From NCBI GenBank assembly GCA_044376405.1, contig JBILKZ010000006.1, positions 1 to 54,351 on the forward strand: a stretch of DNA of 54,351 nt, written 5' to 3'. Positions within the stretch are counted from its first letter, which is position 1, and each line of letters starts with the position of its first letter. Positions 1-10,107 of this stretch are shown here, in pieces. Under the pieces are notes generated by a model. That model was not told the DNA's origin and made no database searches. It saw only the letters and a program-made list of their open reading frames with translations. Position numbers and translations under genes: made by a program. The stretch is from Pirellulales bacterium. GTDB lineage: Bacteria > Planctomycetota > Planctomycetia > Pirellulales > UBA1268.

Positions 1-1040
1 GAGCCGATGAACAACGTTTGTGGAGAAGTGCGGCGAGGATGCTTGTCGACCTGCTGGTCGAAAATGTCCCTATCTTCGACCGTCTCCAGCGTGTCGCGGA
101 TCCGCGCAACCCGCGCTTGCCCGACATCATCCAGCAGCCACACGCCACCCAGGCAGTGCAGCGCGATATCGAGCCGGGTCGGTCGGAATTCGTATCCGCT
201 GTCGCCAAGACGGTCGCGCACCAGCAGCAGGCCGTCGAGGATGAGCCCCGGAATCGAAAGTGCGTCAGGCACGCTCGAGTGCCCGGGGATCACCTCCGAG
301 GAAGGCATCGACTGCACCTCGTCTTTGGTGTCTTTCCCCTGTCCTTTTTGCAACCACCGCATCGAGCCACTTTTTGCCGAATAACCGCTGATGGACAGCG
401 TCGCTTCTACGGTTGCGAAACAATCGGTGTGTGCAGCCAGCAGGATGCCCGCGTATGTGTCGGGGTAATTGCTGCAGAAGATGTCACCTGATGCTGCCGC
501 ACGGTTCAGGACGGATCGGCTGATCCAACCGTGATAGGGCAGCGGTATCGGGCAGGTCCACGGAGCCTGCATCATCTCGGCTAATGCATCCCGGCCCGCC
601 ATGAACCGAACCTGTTCGCTGATCGGCAACTGGAGCCTGTTGGCTTCGCCCGTGGCGTCGCCGCATGGCCATGTGTAGAGCCCCAATAAATGCCGCACCG
701 ACTCGATCGCGTGAGTCGTGATGATCGCTTCGACGTCATGCAGTGCCGATGGCATGAGTCCGTCATCATCACCGAGGTAGGTGATCCATTCGCCACGCGT
801 CGCAGCCAAACCGCGCATCCAGTTCGCAGCCATCGTGAGCGGCGAGTCGCTGCGCACGTACCGGATCTTCGGCGAATCGATCGCCTCCACGACGGCGCGG
901 GTTTCGGGCGAGGAGGCGTTGTCCGCGACGATCACTTCGAAGCTGTCATGATCCTGATTCAGGATCGTGGCGAGCGTGTGCGGCAGTGTGTGCGGCCGTT
1001 GCCGGGTCGGCACGACGATGCTGAAACGAGGACGACTCAT
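1..1040 (-). CDS. GT2-family glycosyltransferase, 3' end outside window (absent from ORF track)
   Basis: Manual minus-strand translation from ATG at 1040: MSRPRFSIVVPTRQRPHTL...FEVIVADNAS...GEWITYLGDDD. GT-A fold motifs; frame open to the window edge. Confidence 0.88.
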   Translation of the reverse strand, partial: MSRPRFSIVVPTRQRPHTLPHTLATILNQDHDSFEVIVADNASSPETRAVVEAIDSPKIRYVRSDSPLTMAANWMRGLAATRGEWITYLGDDDGLMPSALHDVEAIITTHAIESVRHLLGLYTWPCGDATGEANRLQLPISEQVRFMAGRDALAEMMQAPWTCPIPLPYHGWISRSVLNRAAASGDIFCSNYPDTYAGILLAAHTDCFATVEATLSISGYSAKSGSMRWLQKGQGKDTKDEVQSMPSSEVIPGHSSVPDALSIPGLILDGLLLVRDRLGDSGYEFRPTRLDIALHCLGGVWLLDDVGQARVARIRDTLETVEDRDIFDQQVDKHPRRTSPQTLFIG

Positions 1041-1363
1041 GACAGGGACTCCGCGGTTCGTCGTTCTTGGGAGCGGGACGGCACAATCGGCGAACACCGG
1101 GGCGAACGCCATAAGACGACTTCCAGGGACACTAGCAGCCCGCGCACCCCCCACACAGAGCGGTTTTCGTGGCGTCGGGGCCGCCTTCTGGACATCCGAT
1201 CGCGGGGCGGCAGGAAGGCCCGCCGTCCCGGTGCGATTTTGGCGTTTCCCGGTCGCGTGGTCGCCGCTATTTTCCCAGCCCGGACGCGGGGCGATCCGTT
1301 CCCGATCGGCTGCGGCAAGCAGTTCCTTCGGCTTCTGGTTTTTCACGATGGAAGGAGTCGCGA

Positions 1364-2170
1364 ATGCGGGTGGCAATCCTTGCCGGCGGACTCGGCACAC
1401 GACTTGCCGAGGAGACCGACACGCGGCCCAAGCCGATGGTCGAGATCGGAGGCCGTCCGATTCTCTGGCACATCCTCAAACGCTATTCCCAGTTCGGCGT
1501 GAACGACTTCGCCATCGCGCTGGGCTACAAGGGCGAGTTCGTCAAGCGATTCTTCACCGATTACGCCGGTCTGGTGGGCAGCCTCTCGGTCAATCTTGCC
1601 AGCGGACGGATTGATCACCACGAGAAGGCGCACGAAGACTGGCAGGTTCACCTAGTCGAGACGGGCGACCGGACCAACACCGGCGGCCGGGTGCGACGAC
1701 TTGCCCCCTGGCTCAAGGACGGCACGTTCCAGCTGACCTACGGCGACGGCGTGGCCGACATCGACATCGACGCCCTCGTCCAATTCCATCGCCGCATGGG
1801 CCGGACCGTCACGCTCACGGCCGTCCGCCCGCCGGCCCGGTTCGGCGGCATCCTCTTCGATGGCGACACGGTCTCGGGCTTCACAGAGAAGCCGCAGGCG
1901 GGCGAGGGCTGGATCAACGGCGGCTTCATGGTCTGCGAGCCGGAAGTGCTCGAGATGATCTCGGGCGATGACTGCAGCCTCGAACGCGACGTGCTGGAGC
2001 AACTCGCGGCCGAAGGTCGGCTTGCCGCCTACCGGCACCACGGCTTCTGGCAGTGCATGGACACGCTGCGTGACAAGCGGCAGCTGGAGGATCTCTGGAC
2101 ATCTGGAGCGGCCATGTGGCTGGATCCCGTCACCGCCCACCATTCGCAGACGAACCGCAGGGCCGCCTAG
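1364..2170 (+). CDS. rfbF: glucose-1-phosphate cytidylyltransferase
   Basis: MRVAILAGGLGTRLAEET..RPKPMVEIG, LTYGDG, GFWQCMDTLRDK; AAGGAG RBS upstream. Confidence 0.95.
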   Translation: MRVAILAGGLGTRLAEETDTRPKPMVEIGGRPILWHILKRYSQFGVNDFAIALGYKGEFVKRFFTDYAGLVGSLSVNLASGRIDHHEKAHEDWQVHLVETGDRTNTGGRVRRLAPWLKDGTFQLTYGDGVADIDIDALVQFHRRMGRTVTLTAVRPPARFGGILFDGDTVSGFTEKPQAGEGWINGGFMVCEPEVLEMISGDDCSLERDVLEQLAAEGRLAAYRHHGFWQCMDTLRDKRQLEDLWTSGAAMWLDPVTAHHSQTNRRAA

Positions 2171-2185
2171 GCGGAGGAGGCAGTC

Positions 2186-3256
2186 ATGCGACGATTCCGC
2201 TCCGCTCTCGTCACGGGCCATACTGGATTCAAGGGCGGCTGGCTGTCGCTCTGGCTCGCCCATCGCGGCGCCGCCGTGCACGGCTACGCGGCGGTACCGC
2301 CAACCCGCCCCAGCTTTTTCGAGGTGGCGGACGTGGGCTCGCGGCTCGCGTCGCACACGATCGCCGACATTCGCGACCGTGACGCACTTGAAAAAACCTT
2401 GGCGTCGGCCCGACCGGAGGTCGTTTTCCACCTCGCGGCTCAGCCGCTGGTGAGGCAGTCGTACCGGGATCCGCTCGAAACGTTCGAAGTGAACGTGATG
2501 GGCACCGCCTGCCTGCTGGATGCCGTTCGCTCCGTCGACTCCGTCCGCGCCGTCGTCGTCATCACCACCGACAAGTGCTACGAAAACGTCGCTTGGGACT
2601 GGCCCTATCGGGAGCGGGACCGCCTGGGGGGGCACGACCCATACGCGGCGAGCAAAGCCTGTGCAGAACTGGTCACCCAAGCCTACAGTCGGTCGTTCCT
2701 TGCCGAGGCCGGGATCGCAGTGGCCACTGCCCGCGCAGGCAATGTCTTCGGTGGCGGCGACTGGGCGGCGGACCGACTGATCCCCGACCTGCTGGCCGCG
2801 ATCGACGACGGCAGGGCTCCCGTGATCCGCTCTCCCGAAGCGATCCGTCCCTGGCAGCACGTGCTCGAGCCACTGACGGGCTACATGACGCTGGCAGAAC
2901 GCCTGCTCGATTCTGGAACGGAATTCGCGGATGCCTGGAACTTTGGCCCCGACGAATCCGCGATGTGCAGCGTTCGCCGGATCGTGGAGCGGCTCTGCAG
3001 GCAACCGGCCGGACCGGGCTGGCAGCACGAACCCGCCAGCGGCGCGCACGAGGCGTTGACTCTGAGGCTGGATAGTTCTAAGGCCCGGCACAGGCTCGGC
3101 TGGAGGTCGCGGTGGTCGCTCGACGAGGCTCTGTCCCGCACGCTGGACTGGCACCGCTCGTGGCGGCGAGGTGAAGACATGGCCGCGGTGTCGCTGGCAC
3201 AGATCGAGGCCTACGAGGAGCGTGGGGCGACGACCGACCTCGCGAAGGCGTCATGA
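2186..3256 (+). CDS. rfbG: CDP-glucose 4,6-dehydratase
   Basis: LVTGHTGFKGGWL, HLAAQPLVR, TTDKCY, DPYAASK, RPWQHVLEPL. Confidence 0.95.
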   Translation: MRRFRSALVTGHTGFKGGWLSLWLAHRGAAVHGYAAVPPTRPSFFEVADVGSRLASHTIADIRDRDALEKTLASARPEVVFHLAAQPLVRQSYRDPLETFEVNVMGTACLLDAVRSVDSVRAVVVITTDKCYENVAWDWPYRERDRLGGHDPYAASKACAELVTQAYSRSFLAEAGIAVATARAGNVFGGGDWAADRLIPDLLAAIDDGRAPVIRSPEAIRPWQHVLEPLTGYMTLAERLLDSGTEFADAWNFGPDESAMCSVRRIVERLCRQPAGPGWQHEPASGAHEALTLRLDSSKARHRLGWRSRWSLDEALSRTLDWHRSWRRGEDMAAVSLAQIEAYEERGATTDLAKAS

Positions 3257-3834
3257 GTGATCGCTTCACGATCGTGCCCACGCGGCTCGCTGGACTGCAC
3301 GTGCTGGAAAGACATCCGCACCGTGATTCCCGGGGATACCTCGAGCGGCTGTTTTGCGAGCAGGATCTTCAGGCCGTGTTTGGCGGCGACCGCCGCGTCG
3401 TGCAGATCAATCGCACGCTGACCCGACTGTCGGGCACGGTCCGCGGGCTGCACTTCCAGCGTCCGCCGCACGCGGAAACCAAGGTGGTCACCTGCCTGCG
3501 CGGCGAGGTGTTCGACGTGGCCGTCGACCTGCGGCCGTCGTCACCGACCTTCCTCGAGTGGCACGGCGAGGTGCTCAGCCAGACGAACGGCCGCAGCCTG
3601 CTGATCCCTGAAGGATTCGCGCACGGCTTTCAAACGACCGCCGCAGACTGCGAGCTCCTCTACTTCCATTCGGCCGCCTGGTGCGCCGCAGCCGAGGGCG
3701 GCCTGCATCCGCTCGACCCCCGGATCGCCGTCGCCTGGCCGCACTCCGTATCTGAAATGTCCGACCGCGACCGTCACCATCCGCTGTTGGATGGCGGATG
3801 CGAGGACGTATTGTTTTCGAAGGTGGCCGCATGA
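3253..3834 (+). CDS. rfbC: NDP-4-keto-6-deoxyhexose 3,5-epimerase (RmlC/RfbC family)
   Basis: DSRGY, GTVRGLHFQ, VFDVAVDLR, IPEGFAHGFQT; ATGA overlap with rfbG. Confidence 0.9.
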   Translation: MSDRFTIVPTRLAGLHVLERHPHRDSRGYLERLFCEQDLQAVFGGDRRVVQINRTLTRLSGTVRGLHFQRPPHAETKVVTCLRGEVFDVAVDLRPSSPTFLEWHGEVLSQTNGRSLLIPEGFAHGFQTTAADCELLYFHSAAWCAAAEGGLHPLDPRIAVAWPHSVSEMSDRDRHHPLLDGGCEDVLFSKVAA

Positions 3835-5084
3835 ATTGCCGCCACTGTCAGTCGCCACTGTCGCTGACCCTCGCGGACCTCGGCTCCGCGCCGCCGTCCA
3901 ACGCTTACCTTTCGAAGGACAAACTCCACGCGGCGGAGCGGTGGTTCCCGCTCCGCGTCCTCGTGTGCCAGGAGTGTTGGCTGGTGCAGACCGAGGATTT
4001 CGCCGCGGCTGACGAGCTGTTCGATGCTGGATACGCCTATTTCAGCAGCTACTCGTCTACGTGGCTGGCGCACGCCGAGGCCTACGTCGCGGACATGGCC
4101 AGACGATTCGTTCTCGGGCCGCAGAGCCTCGTCGTCGAGGTCGCTGCCAATGACGGCTACCTGCTGCAGTATGTGCAGGCACGCGGCATTCCCTGTCTTG
4201 GGATCGAGCCGACGGCAAGCACCGCCGCCGCCGCACGGGAAAAGCAGATCGATGTGATCGGTGAGTTCTTCGGCGCGCCGTTGGCCTCGCGGCTGGCGGG
4301 CGAGGGACGCCGGGCCGATCTCATGACAGCCAATAACGTCCTGGCCCACGTGCCCGACATCAACGACTTCGTGGCGGGCTTCGCGACGCTGCTCGCGCCG
4401 GCCGGCGTGGCCACGTTCGAGTTTCCCCACCTCCAGAACCTGCTCGACAAGAACCAGTTCGACACGATCTACCACGAGCACTTTTCGTATCTGTCGCTCA
4501 CCGCCGTGGAACGGATCTTCCCGGCCAACGGCCTGGCCATCTTCGACGTCGAGGAAATCCCGACCCACGGCGGAAGCCTGCGTGTCTTCGCCCAGCGACG
4601 CGACACCGCCTGCCATGCCCGGACCACACGCGTCGACGCTGTGCTCGCCAGCGAACGGGCTGCGGGTATGAACCGGGCCGACTGCTATGCGGAGTTTCAG
4701 TCGCGGGTCGATCGCGTGAAGAACGACTTCGTCGAATTCCTGCTCGAGGCGAAGCGTGCGGGCCGCACCGTGGCCGCCTACGGCGCCGCCGCCAAGGGAA
4801 ACACGCTTCTCAATTACGCCGGCGTGCGACCGGATCTGATCGCCTGCGTCGCCGATCGCAATCCCTTCAAGCAGGGGCACTGGATGCCTGGCAGCCGGAT
4901 CCCGATCGTGGACGAGCATCACCTGACGAGGATCCGCCCGGACTACGTCGTGATCCTGCCGTGGAACCTGCGGGCGGAGGTGATGGATCAGCTGAAACAC
5001 CTGCGGGCTGCAGGCTGCCGGTTCGTCACCGCTGTGCCAACGCTGGAGGTCACGGCCGCGGCCCCGATGAAGGCGGCCGCATGA
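3831..5084 (+). CDS. SAM-dependent NDP-hexose C-methyltransferase (Zn-binding N-terminus)
   Basis: CxxC...CxxC, VEVAANDGYLL, NNVLAHVPD, FDTIYHEHFSY, HGGSLR, YGAAAKGNT. Confidence 0.9.
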   Translation: MNCRHCQSPLSLTLADLGSAPPSNAYLSKDKLHAAERWFPLRVLVCQECWLVQTEDFAAADELFDAGYAYFSSYSSTWLAHAEAYVADMARRFVLGPQSLVVEVAANDGYLLQYVQARGIPCLGIEPTASTAAAAREKQIDVIGEFFGAPLASRLAGEGRRADLMTANNVLAHVPDINDFVAGFATLLAPAGVATFEFPHLQNLLDKNQFDTIYHEHFSYLSLTAVERIFPANGLAIFDVEEIPTHGGSLRVFAQRRDTACHARTTRVDAVLASERAAGMNRADCYAEFQSRVDRVKNDFVEFLLEAKRAGRTVAAYGAAAKGNTLLNYAGVRPDLIACVADRNPFKQGHWMPGSRIPIVDEHHLTRIRPDYVVILPWNLRAEVMDQLKHLRAAGCRFVTAVPTLEVTAAAPMKAAA

Positions 5085-5947
5085 GAATCGCGGTCACAGG
5101 AGCGACGGGCTTCATCGGCAGACACGTGCTCGCCGCACTGCAAAAGCTCGACGAAACCGCGCTGCGGGGCGAGCCGCTCGAAATCATCGCCACGACCCGT
5201 GGCTCCGGTGGCGAACCGGCCCATCTCCCGCGGGTTCGCTGGGCGACGCTCGACCTCGAGTCTCCGCCGGATGATCCGCTGCGGCACCTGTCATTCCCCG
5301 ACGTGCTGGTGCATCTCGCGTGGGGCGGGCTGCCCAACTACCACTCCGCCCGGCACGTGGAGGTGGAACTTCCGTTGCACGAAGGCTTCCTCGGACGGAT
5401 CATTCGCGACGGACTGAAAGCGGTCGTCGTGGCCGGAACCTGCTTCGAGTACGGCATGCAGGAGGGACTGCTCTCCGAGGCGTGTCCGCCGCGTCCGGCC
5501 AATCCCTACGCATCCGCCAAGGACAGGCTGCGACGGTTCCTCGAAGACCTGCAGGACCGGCACCAGTTCCAGCTCACGTGGCTGCGGTTCTTTTATCTCT
5601 ATGGAAGCGGGCAGCCCGGACGCACTCTCTACACCCAGCTCCTGCAGGCCATCGGCCGCGGCGATCCTGCATTCGACATGTCGGGGGGCGAACAGGTGCG
5701 GGATTACCTGCCCGTCACGGAGGCCGCGGACATCGTGGCCTCGCTGGCCCTGCGGGCCGGCGGTGCCGGCGTGGTGAACATCTGCTCGGGGCTGCCGTGC
5801 ACGGTCAAGTCGCTGGTGGAAGGCTGGGTGGCTGAGGCGGATGCATCGATCCGACTGAATCTCGGGCACTACCCCTACTCCGAATACGAGCCGATGCAGT
5901 TTTGGGGGAGCAACGAGAAACTCCGGTCCCTTCTGGAGACGCCATGA
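5081..5947 (+). CDS. NAD-dependent epimerase/dehydratase (likely NDP-sugar 4-ketoreductase)
   Basis: MRIAVTGATGFIG, GTCFEYG, YASAK (YxxxK). Confidence 0.85.
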   Translation: MRIAVTGATGFIGRHVLAALQKLDETALRGEPLEIIATTRGSGGEPAHLPRVRWATLDLESPPDDPLRHLSFPDVLVHLAWGGLPNYHSARHVEVELPLHEGFLGRIIRDGLKAVVVAGTCFEYGMQEGLLSEACPPRPANPYASAKDRLRRFLEDLQDRHQFQLTWLRFFYLYGSGQPGRTLYTQLLQAIGRGDPAFDMSGGEQVRDYLPVTEAADIVASLALRAGGAGVVNICSGLPCTVKSLVEGWVAEADASIRLNLGHYPYSEYEPMQFWGSNEKLRSLLETP

Positions 5948-6990
5948 CCAGCCGAATCCCCCTGTATGCAGTCGAGCAAGTGCCCGTGCTGCAAAATCGA
6001 GTGTTTGCCACGGCGGCGGAGGCCCGCGGCTGCGTTCGCGGGGATGTCCGTCTGGTGCAGGATGCGACGACCGGCCTGGTCTTCAACGAAGCCTTCGACG
6101 CAACGCTTGTGGAATACGATCGGCACTACAACAACGAACAGGGTCTGAGCCCCGCGTTCGCGAGGCATCTCGACGACGTGGCCCGCATCGTGCGGGAGCT
6201 ACTGGGTACGACGAACCTGCTGGAGATCGGCTGCGGCAAGGCGGCGTTCCTGGAGCGGCTCGCGTCGCTTGGCTGCCGGATCGAGGGCTGCGATCCGACC
6301 TATGAAGGCCCGAACCCGGACATCGTGCGGGAGTTCTACGGCCGCGATCTCGGATACCGGGAAAAAAACATCATCCTGAGGCACGTGCTTGAGCACATTC
6401 CCGATCCGGTGGAATTCCTCCGAATGGTGGCCGACGCCAATGGCGCCGGCCGGATCTACATCGAGGTTCCCTGCCTCGACTGGATCCTCGCGCATCGGGC
6501 GTGGTTCGACATCTTCTACGAGCATGTCAACTACTTTCGGTTGACCGACCTCGAGCGGATGTTCGGCGAGGTGCACGCGTCGGGGAGGATCTTCGGCGGC
6601 CAGTACCTGTACGTCGTCGCCGAGTTGGCCACGGTTCGCGCGCCGCAGGCTGCAAGCGGGCCGCTCGCCTTCCCGCCGGACTTTCTCGCCACGCTCGCCG
6701 GACCAAGGCTGTCGCCCGACGACGTGATCTGGGGCGCTGCCTCCAAGGGCGTCATCTACGCCCTGCTGCGGGAACGCCTCGGTTGCCCGGCTGCCGCGGC
6801 CGTCGACGTCAATCCGGCCAAGCAGGGAATGCACCTGCCGGGAACCGGGATCGAGATCCTCTCGCCCGAGGACTGCCTCGCCCGCATCCCGCCGGAGCGG
6901 CGCATCTGCGTGATGAACTCCAACTATCTCGACGAGATTCGTGAGATGACCACCCACCGCTACACCTACGAGGCCATTGACGATGCCTGA
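5944..6990 (+). CDS. class I SAM-dependent methyltransferase, sugar-cluster type
   Basis: LEIGCGKA, RHVLEHIPDP, FDIFYEHVNYF, IWGAASKG. Confidence 0.85.
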   Translation: MTSRIPLYAVEQVPVLQNRVFATAAEARGCVRGDVRLVQDATTGLVFNEAFDATLVEYDRHYNNEQGLSPAFARHLDDVARIVRELLGTTNLLEIGCGKAAFLERLASLGCRIEGCDPTYEGPNPDIVREFYGRDLGYREKNIILRHVLEHIPDPVEFLRMVADANGAGRIYIEVPCLDWILAHRAWFDIFYEHVNYFRLTDLERMFGEVHASGRIFGGQYLYVVAELATVRAPQAASGPLAFPPDFLATLAGPRLSPDDVIWGAASKGVIYALLRERLGCPAAAAVDVNPAKQGMHLPGTGIEILSPEDCLARIPPERRICVMNSNYLDEIREMTTHRYTYEAIDDA

Positions 6991-7762
6991 TCCGATCCAA
7001 GAGTTCGCGACCGAGTGCCGCGACCGTGTCGCCTCCTATCCGACGAACAAGCCGCTCGCCGATGCTGCGGAAGCATTTCTCGACGCCTCCGTGGCAGCGA
7101 AATACTCCTACAACTTTAGCTGGCTCGGCCGACCCATCATCCAGTATCCCCAGGACGTGCTGGCGGTGCAGGAAGTGATCTGGCGGTGCCGGCCGGACCT
7201 GATCGTCGAAACGGGCGTGGCGCACGGCGGGTCGCTGATTTTTTCCGCCTCCATGCTGACGCTCCTCGATGTCTGCGATGCTCTGGAGCGGGGCGGTTCG
7301 TTCGACCTCCGGGCATCCTCGCGGCGGGTGATCGGCATCGATATCGACATCCGCGCGCACAACCGCCGGGAGATCGAGAAGCACCCGTTGTCGGGAATGA
7401 TCGATCTCGTCGAGGGTTCCTCGATCGATGCGGGCATCGTGGCTGGCATTCAAGCCAGGGCTCGGCATGCGAAGCGGGTGCTCGTCTGCCTCGACTCGAA
7501 CCACACCCATGATCACGTGCTCGCCGAACTGCGGGCATATGCTCCGCTGGTGACGGCCGGAAGCTATTGCATCGTCTTCGACACGTTCATTGAAACCCGT
7601 CCCGCCGGGAGTTACCCCGACCGACCATGGGACAAGGGGAGCAATCCAATGACAGCAGTGGATGCCTATATCGATGACCATCCCGAGTTCACGATCGATC
7701 ATGCGATCGACGACAAACTCCTCATCAGCGTCGCGCCACGAGGGTTCCTGCGGCGATCCTGA
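6983..7762 (+). CDS. CmcI (cephalosporin hydroxylase-like) family methyltransferase-fold protein
   Basis: YSYNFSWLGRPIIQYPQD, PDLIVETGVAHGGS, LDSNHTHDHVLAEL. Confidence 0.88.
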   Translation: MPDPIQEFATECRDRVASYPTNKPLADAAEAFLDASVAAKYSYNFSWLGRPIIQYPQDVLAVQEVIWRCRPDLIVETGVAHGGSLIFSASMLTLLDVCDALERGGSFDLRASSRRVIGIDIDIRAHNRREIEKHPLSGMIDLVEGSSIDAGIVAGIQARARHAKRVLVCLDSNHTHDHVLAELRAYAPLVTAGSYCIVFDTFIETRPAGSYPDRPWDKGSNPMTAVDAYIDDHPEFTIDHAIDDKLLISVAPRGFLRRS

Positions 7763-7847
7763 GCCTGCCCCGTGCCTGTCTGGAAACGCGTCGCCAGCGC
7801 GGTCGTCGGGCGGGAGCGGCGGTTCGGACGGCGGTGGAACCCCCGGC

Positions 7848-7875
7848 TTGACCGCAGTTTCCGCGGTTTTAGACT
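7848..7875 (+). promoter_or_regulatory. putative sigma70 promoter for purA operon
   Basis: TTGACC-16 bp-TAGACT, followed by a GGGGAGGC/GCCTCCCC leader hairpin. Confidence 0.45.
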
Positions 7876-7951
7876 CTGAGGGGAGGCCTCGGTTTGGCAT
7901 GCCTCCCCAGGCGAGCCGTTTTCTCCTTCTCTTCTATGAGGACCTCCTTCC

Positions 7952-9328
7952 GTGCCCGGCACATGCGTTATCGGTCTGCAGTGGGGTGACGAAGCCAAAG
8001 GCAAGCTCGTCGACATCCTCACCGAGGACCACGAGATCGTCGTCCGCTATCAGGGCGGCGCCAACGCCGGCCACACCGTCGTCTCCAACGGCCAGACCTG
8101 GAAGCTCTCCCTCATTCCCAGCGGCATTCTCCGCGACAACGTCACCTGCGTCATCACCGGCGGCGTGGCCCTCGATCCCGCCAGCGTGATCAGGGAAATC
8201 GACATGCTCGAGGAACGCGGCGTTCGCGTCGAAGGCAAGCTGCGGATCAGCGACCGAGCCCACCTCGTGTTTCCGTGGCACGTGGCCGAAGACAAGCAGC
8301 TCGACGGCAGCCTGTCGGGGGGCGAGGCGATCGGCACGACCGGCCGCGGCATCGGCCCCTGCTATCGCGATAAGGTGGGCCGCTCGCTGGCGATCCGCCT
8401 CGGCGATCTCTATCGCGATGAGTTCCGCGGCCGTCTGGAACACATCGTTGGCATCAAGAACCATCTGCTTTCCAGCTGGCAGGCGGGCGGGGCGAGCTGG
8501 AAGTCGGGCGGCGAGAGCAAGCCCGAACTGCTCGACGCAGCCGCAATCCACGCCCAAACCATGGAGTATGCGGAGCGGCTGCGGCCGTACGTGTTCGACA
8601 CGACGGCCTACCTGCTCGACGCGATCGAGGGGGGCAGCCACATGCTCTTCGAGGGGGCGCAGGGGGCGCTGCTCGACATCGACCACGGCACGTTCCCCTT
8701 CGTCACCAGCAGCAACTCTTCCGGCGTCGGCGTCGCGAGCGGCTCTGGGATCCCGGGCCGATGGATCGAACGGGTGATCGGCGTGGTGAAGGCCTATTCG
8801 ACTCGGGTCGGTGGCGGACCGATGCCAACCGAACAGGCCAATCCGATCGGTGAACACCTCCGCGAGCGCGGGCGGGAATACGGCACGGTGACGAAGCGGC
8901 CGCGGCGTTGCGGCTGGTTCGACGCCGTCGCCGCCCGCTACACAGCGAGGCTGTCGGGCGTGGACGAACTGGCTGTGATGCTGCTCGACGTGCCGGGTGG
9001 GCTCGACGAGCTGAAGATCTGCACCGCTTACACTGTGGACGGCACGCAATTGAGCCACTTCCCCAGTCACGTCGATGATCTCAAGAAGGCCGTGCCTGTC
9101 TACGAGACGCTGCCCGGCTGGAGTGAGGACCTTTCGACGTTCCGGAGCTACGACGCCCTGCCTGCCGCCGCAAAGGCGTATCTTGCCAGGATCGGAGAGT
9201 TGCTCGGGAGGCCGGTGTCGATCGTGTCGGTCGGGCCCGACCGCGAGCAGACGATCTTCTGCGACCGCACCGCCCACGAGCAGAAACCATGGTCACGCCC
9301 CCAGTCACGCACGCCGGCGAACGCCTGA
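7952..9328 (+). CDS. purA: adenylosuccinate synthetase
   Basis: GLQWGDEAKGK, RYQGGANAGHT, IGTTGRGIGP, EGAQG, EYGTVTKRPRRCGW. Confidence 0.97.
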   Translation: MPGTCVIGLQWGDEAKGKLVDILTEDHEIVVRYQGGANAGHTVVSNGQTWKLSLIPSGILRDNVTCVITGGVALDPASVIREIDMLEERGVRVEGKLRISDRAHLVFPWHVAEDKQLDGSLSGGEAIGTTGRGIGPCYRDKVGRSLAIRLGDLYRDEFRGRLEHIVGIKNHLLSSWQAGGASWKSGGESKPELLDAAAIHAQTMEYAERLRPYVFDTTAYLLDAIEGGSHMLFEGAQGALLDIDHGTFPFVTSSNSSGVGVASGSGIPGRWIERVIGVVKAYSTRVGGGPMPTEQANPIGEHLRERGREYGTVTKRPRRCGWFDAVAARYTARLSGVDELAVMLLDVPGGLDELKICTAYTVDGTQLSHFPSHVDDLKKAVPVYETLPGWSEDLSTFRSYDALPAAAKAYLARIGELLGRPVSIVSVGPDREQTIFCDRTAHEQKPWSRPQSRTPANA

Positions 9329-10107
9329 TGACAGGCCAGGCTGGCACTGCGGCCGAATCGTCGCTTCCAGCTTCGGCCGAAGATGCTGGCGAGGGCGCCG
9401 GCCGACTGCCCTCACACGTTGCCATCATCATGGATGGCAACGGCCGCTGGGCCGTGCAGCGCGGGCTGCCGCGGATCGAAGGGCATCGGCGCGGTGTGGA
9501 CAGCGTGCGGCGAATCACCGAGCACTGCGCCCGACTGGGCGTCGAGCAACTCACGCTCTATTGCCTGTCGAGCGAGAACTGGCGGCGTCCGGCCCACGAG
9601 CTCGAACTTCTCATGCAACTGCTCGAGCAATACCTGATCGAGGAGCGGCCGCTCTTGATGCGCGAGCGGATCCGCCTGTCGATGATCGGCCGCCGGGAGG
9701 GTTTGCCCGCGTCCACGCTTGAGGAACTGGATCGGACCGTCGCGCTCACGGCCGGCAATGACAGGCTCCATCTCTGCCTGGCCATCAACTACGGCTCGCG
9801 GGCCGAGATCGTCGACGCCGCGAGGGCTCTCGCACAGGAGGCTCGTGACGGACTGATCGATCCGCTGCAGATCGACGAGTCTGCCGTCGCGGCGCGGCTC
9901 GACACCGCCGGCATGCCCGACCCCGATCTCCTCATCCGCACCGCGGGTGAGATGCGGGTTAGCAACTTCCTGCTCTGGCAGATCAGCTATGCCGAGTTGT
10001 GGGTCACAGATGTGTGCTGGCCCGAATTCGCCGAGCCGCATCTCGATGCCGCGATCGCGTCGTTCGCCAGCCGTGAACGACGCTTCGGAGGGCTGAGTCA
10101 GACGTGA
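9328..10107 (+). CDS. uppS: undecaprenyl diphosphate synthase
   Basis: HVAIIMDGNGRWA, SSENWRRP, PDPDLLIRTAGEMRVSNFLLWQ; TGATG overlap with purA. Confidence 0.95.
   Translation: MTGQAGTAAESSLPASAEDAGEGAGRLPSHVAIIMDGNGRWAVQRGLPRIEGHRRGVDSVRRITEHCARLGVEQLTLYCLSSENWRRPAHELELLMQLLEQYLIEERPLLMRERIRLSMIGRREGLPASTLEELDRTVALTAGNDRLHLCLAINYGSRAEIVDAARALAQEARDGLIDPLQIDESAVAARLDTAGMPDPDLLIRTAGEMRVSNFLLWQISYAELWVTDVCWPEFAEPHLDAAIASFASRERRFGGLSQT

Noticed and set aside
1128-1146. ops/JUMPStart-like site or repeat end (CACTAGCAGCCCGCGC) upstream of the sugar genes
   Set aside because: Only a loose match to GGCGGTAG, and no partner inverted end was found.
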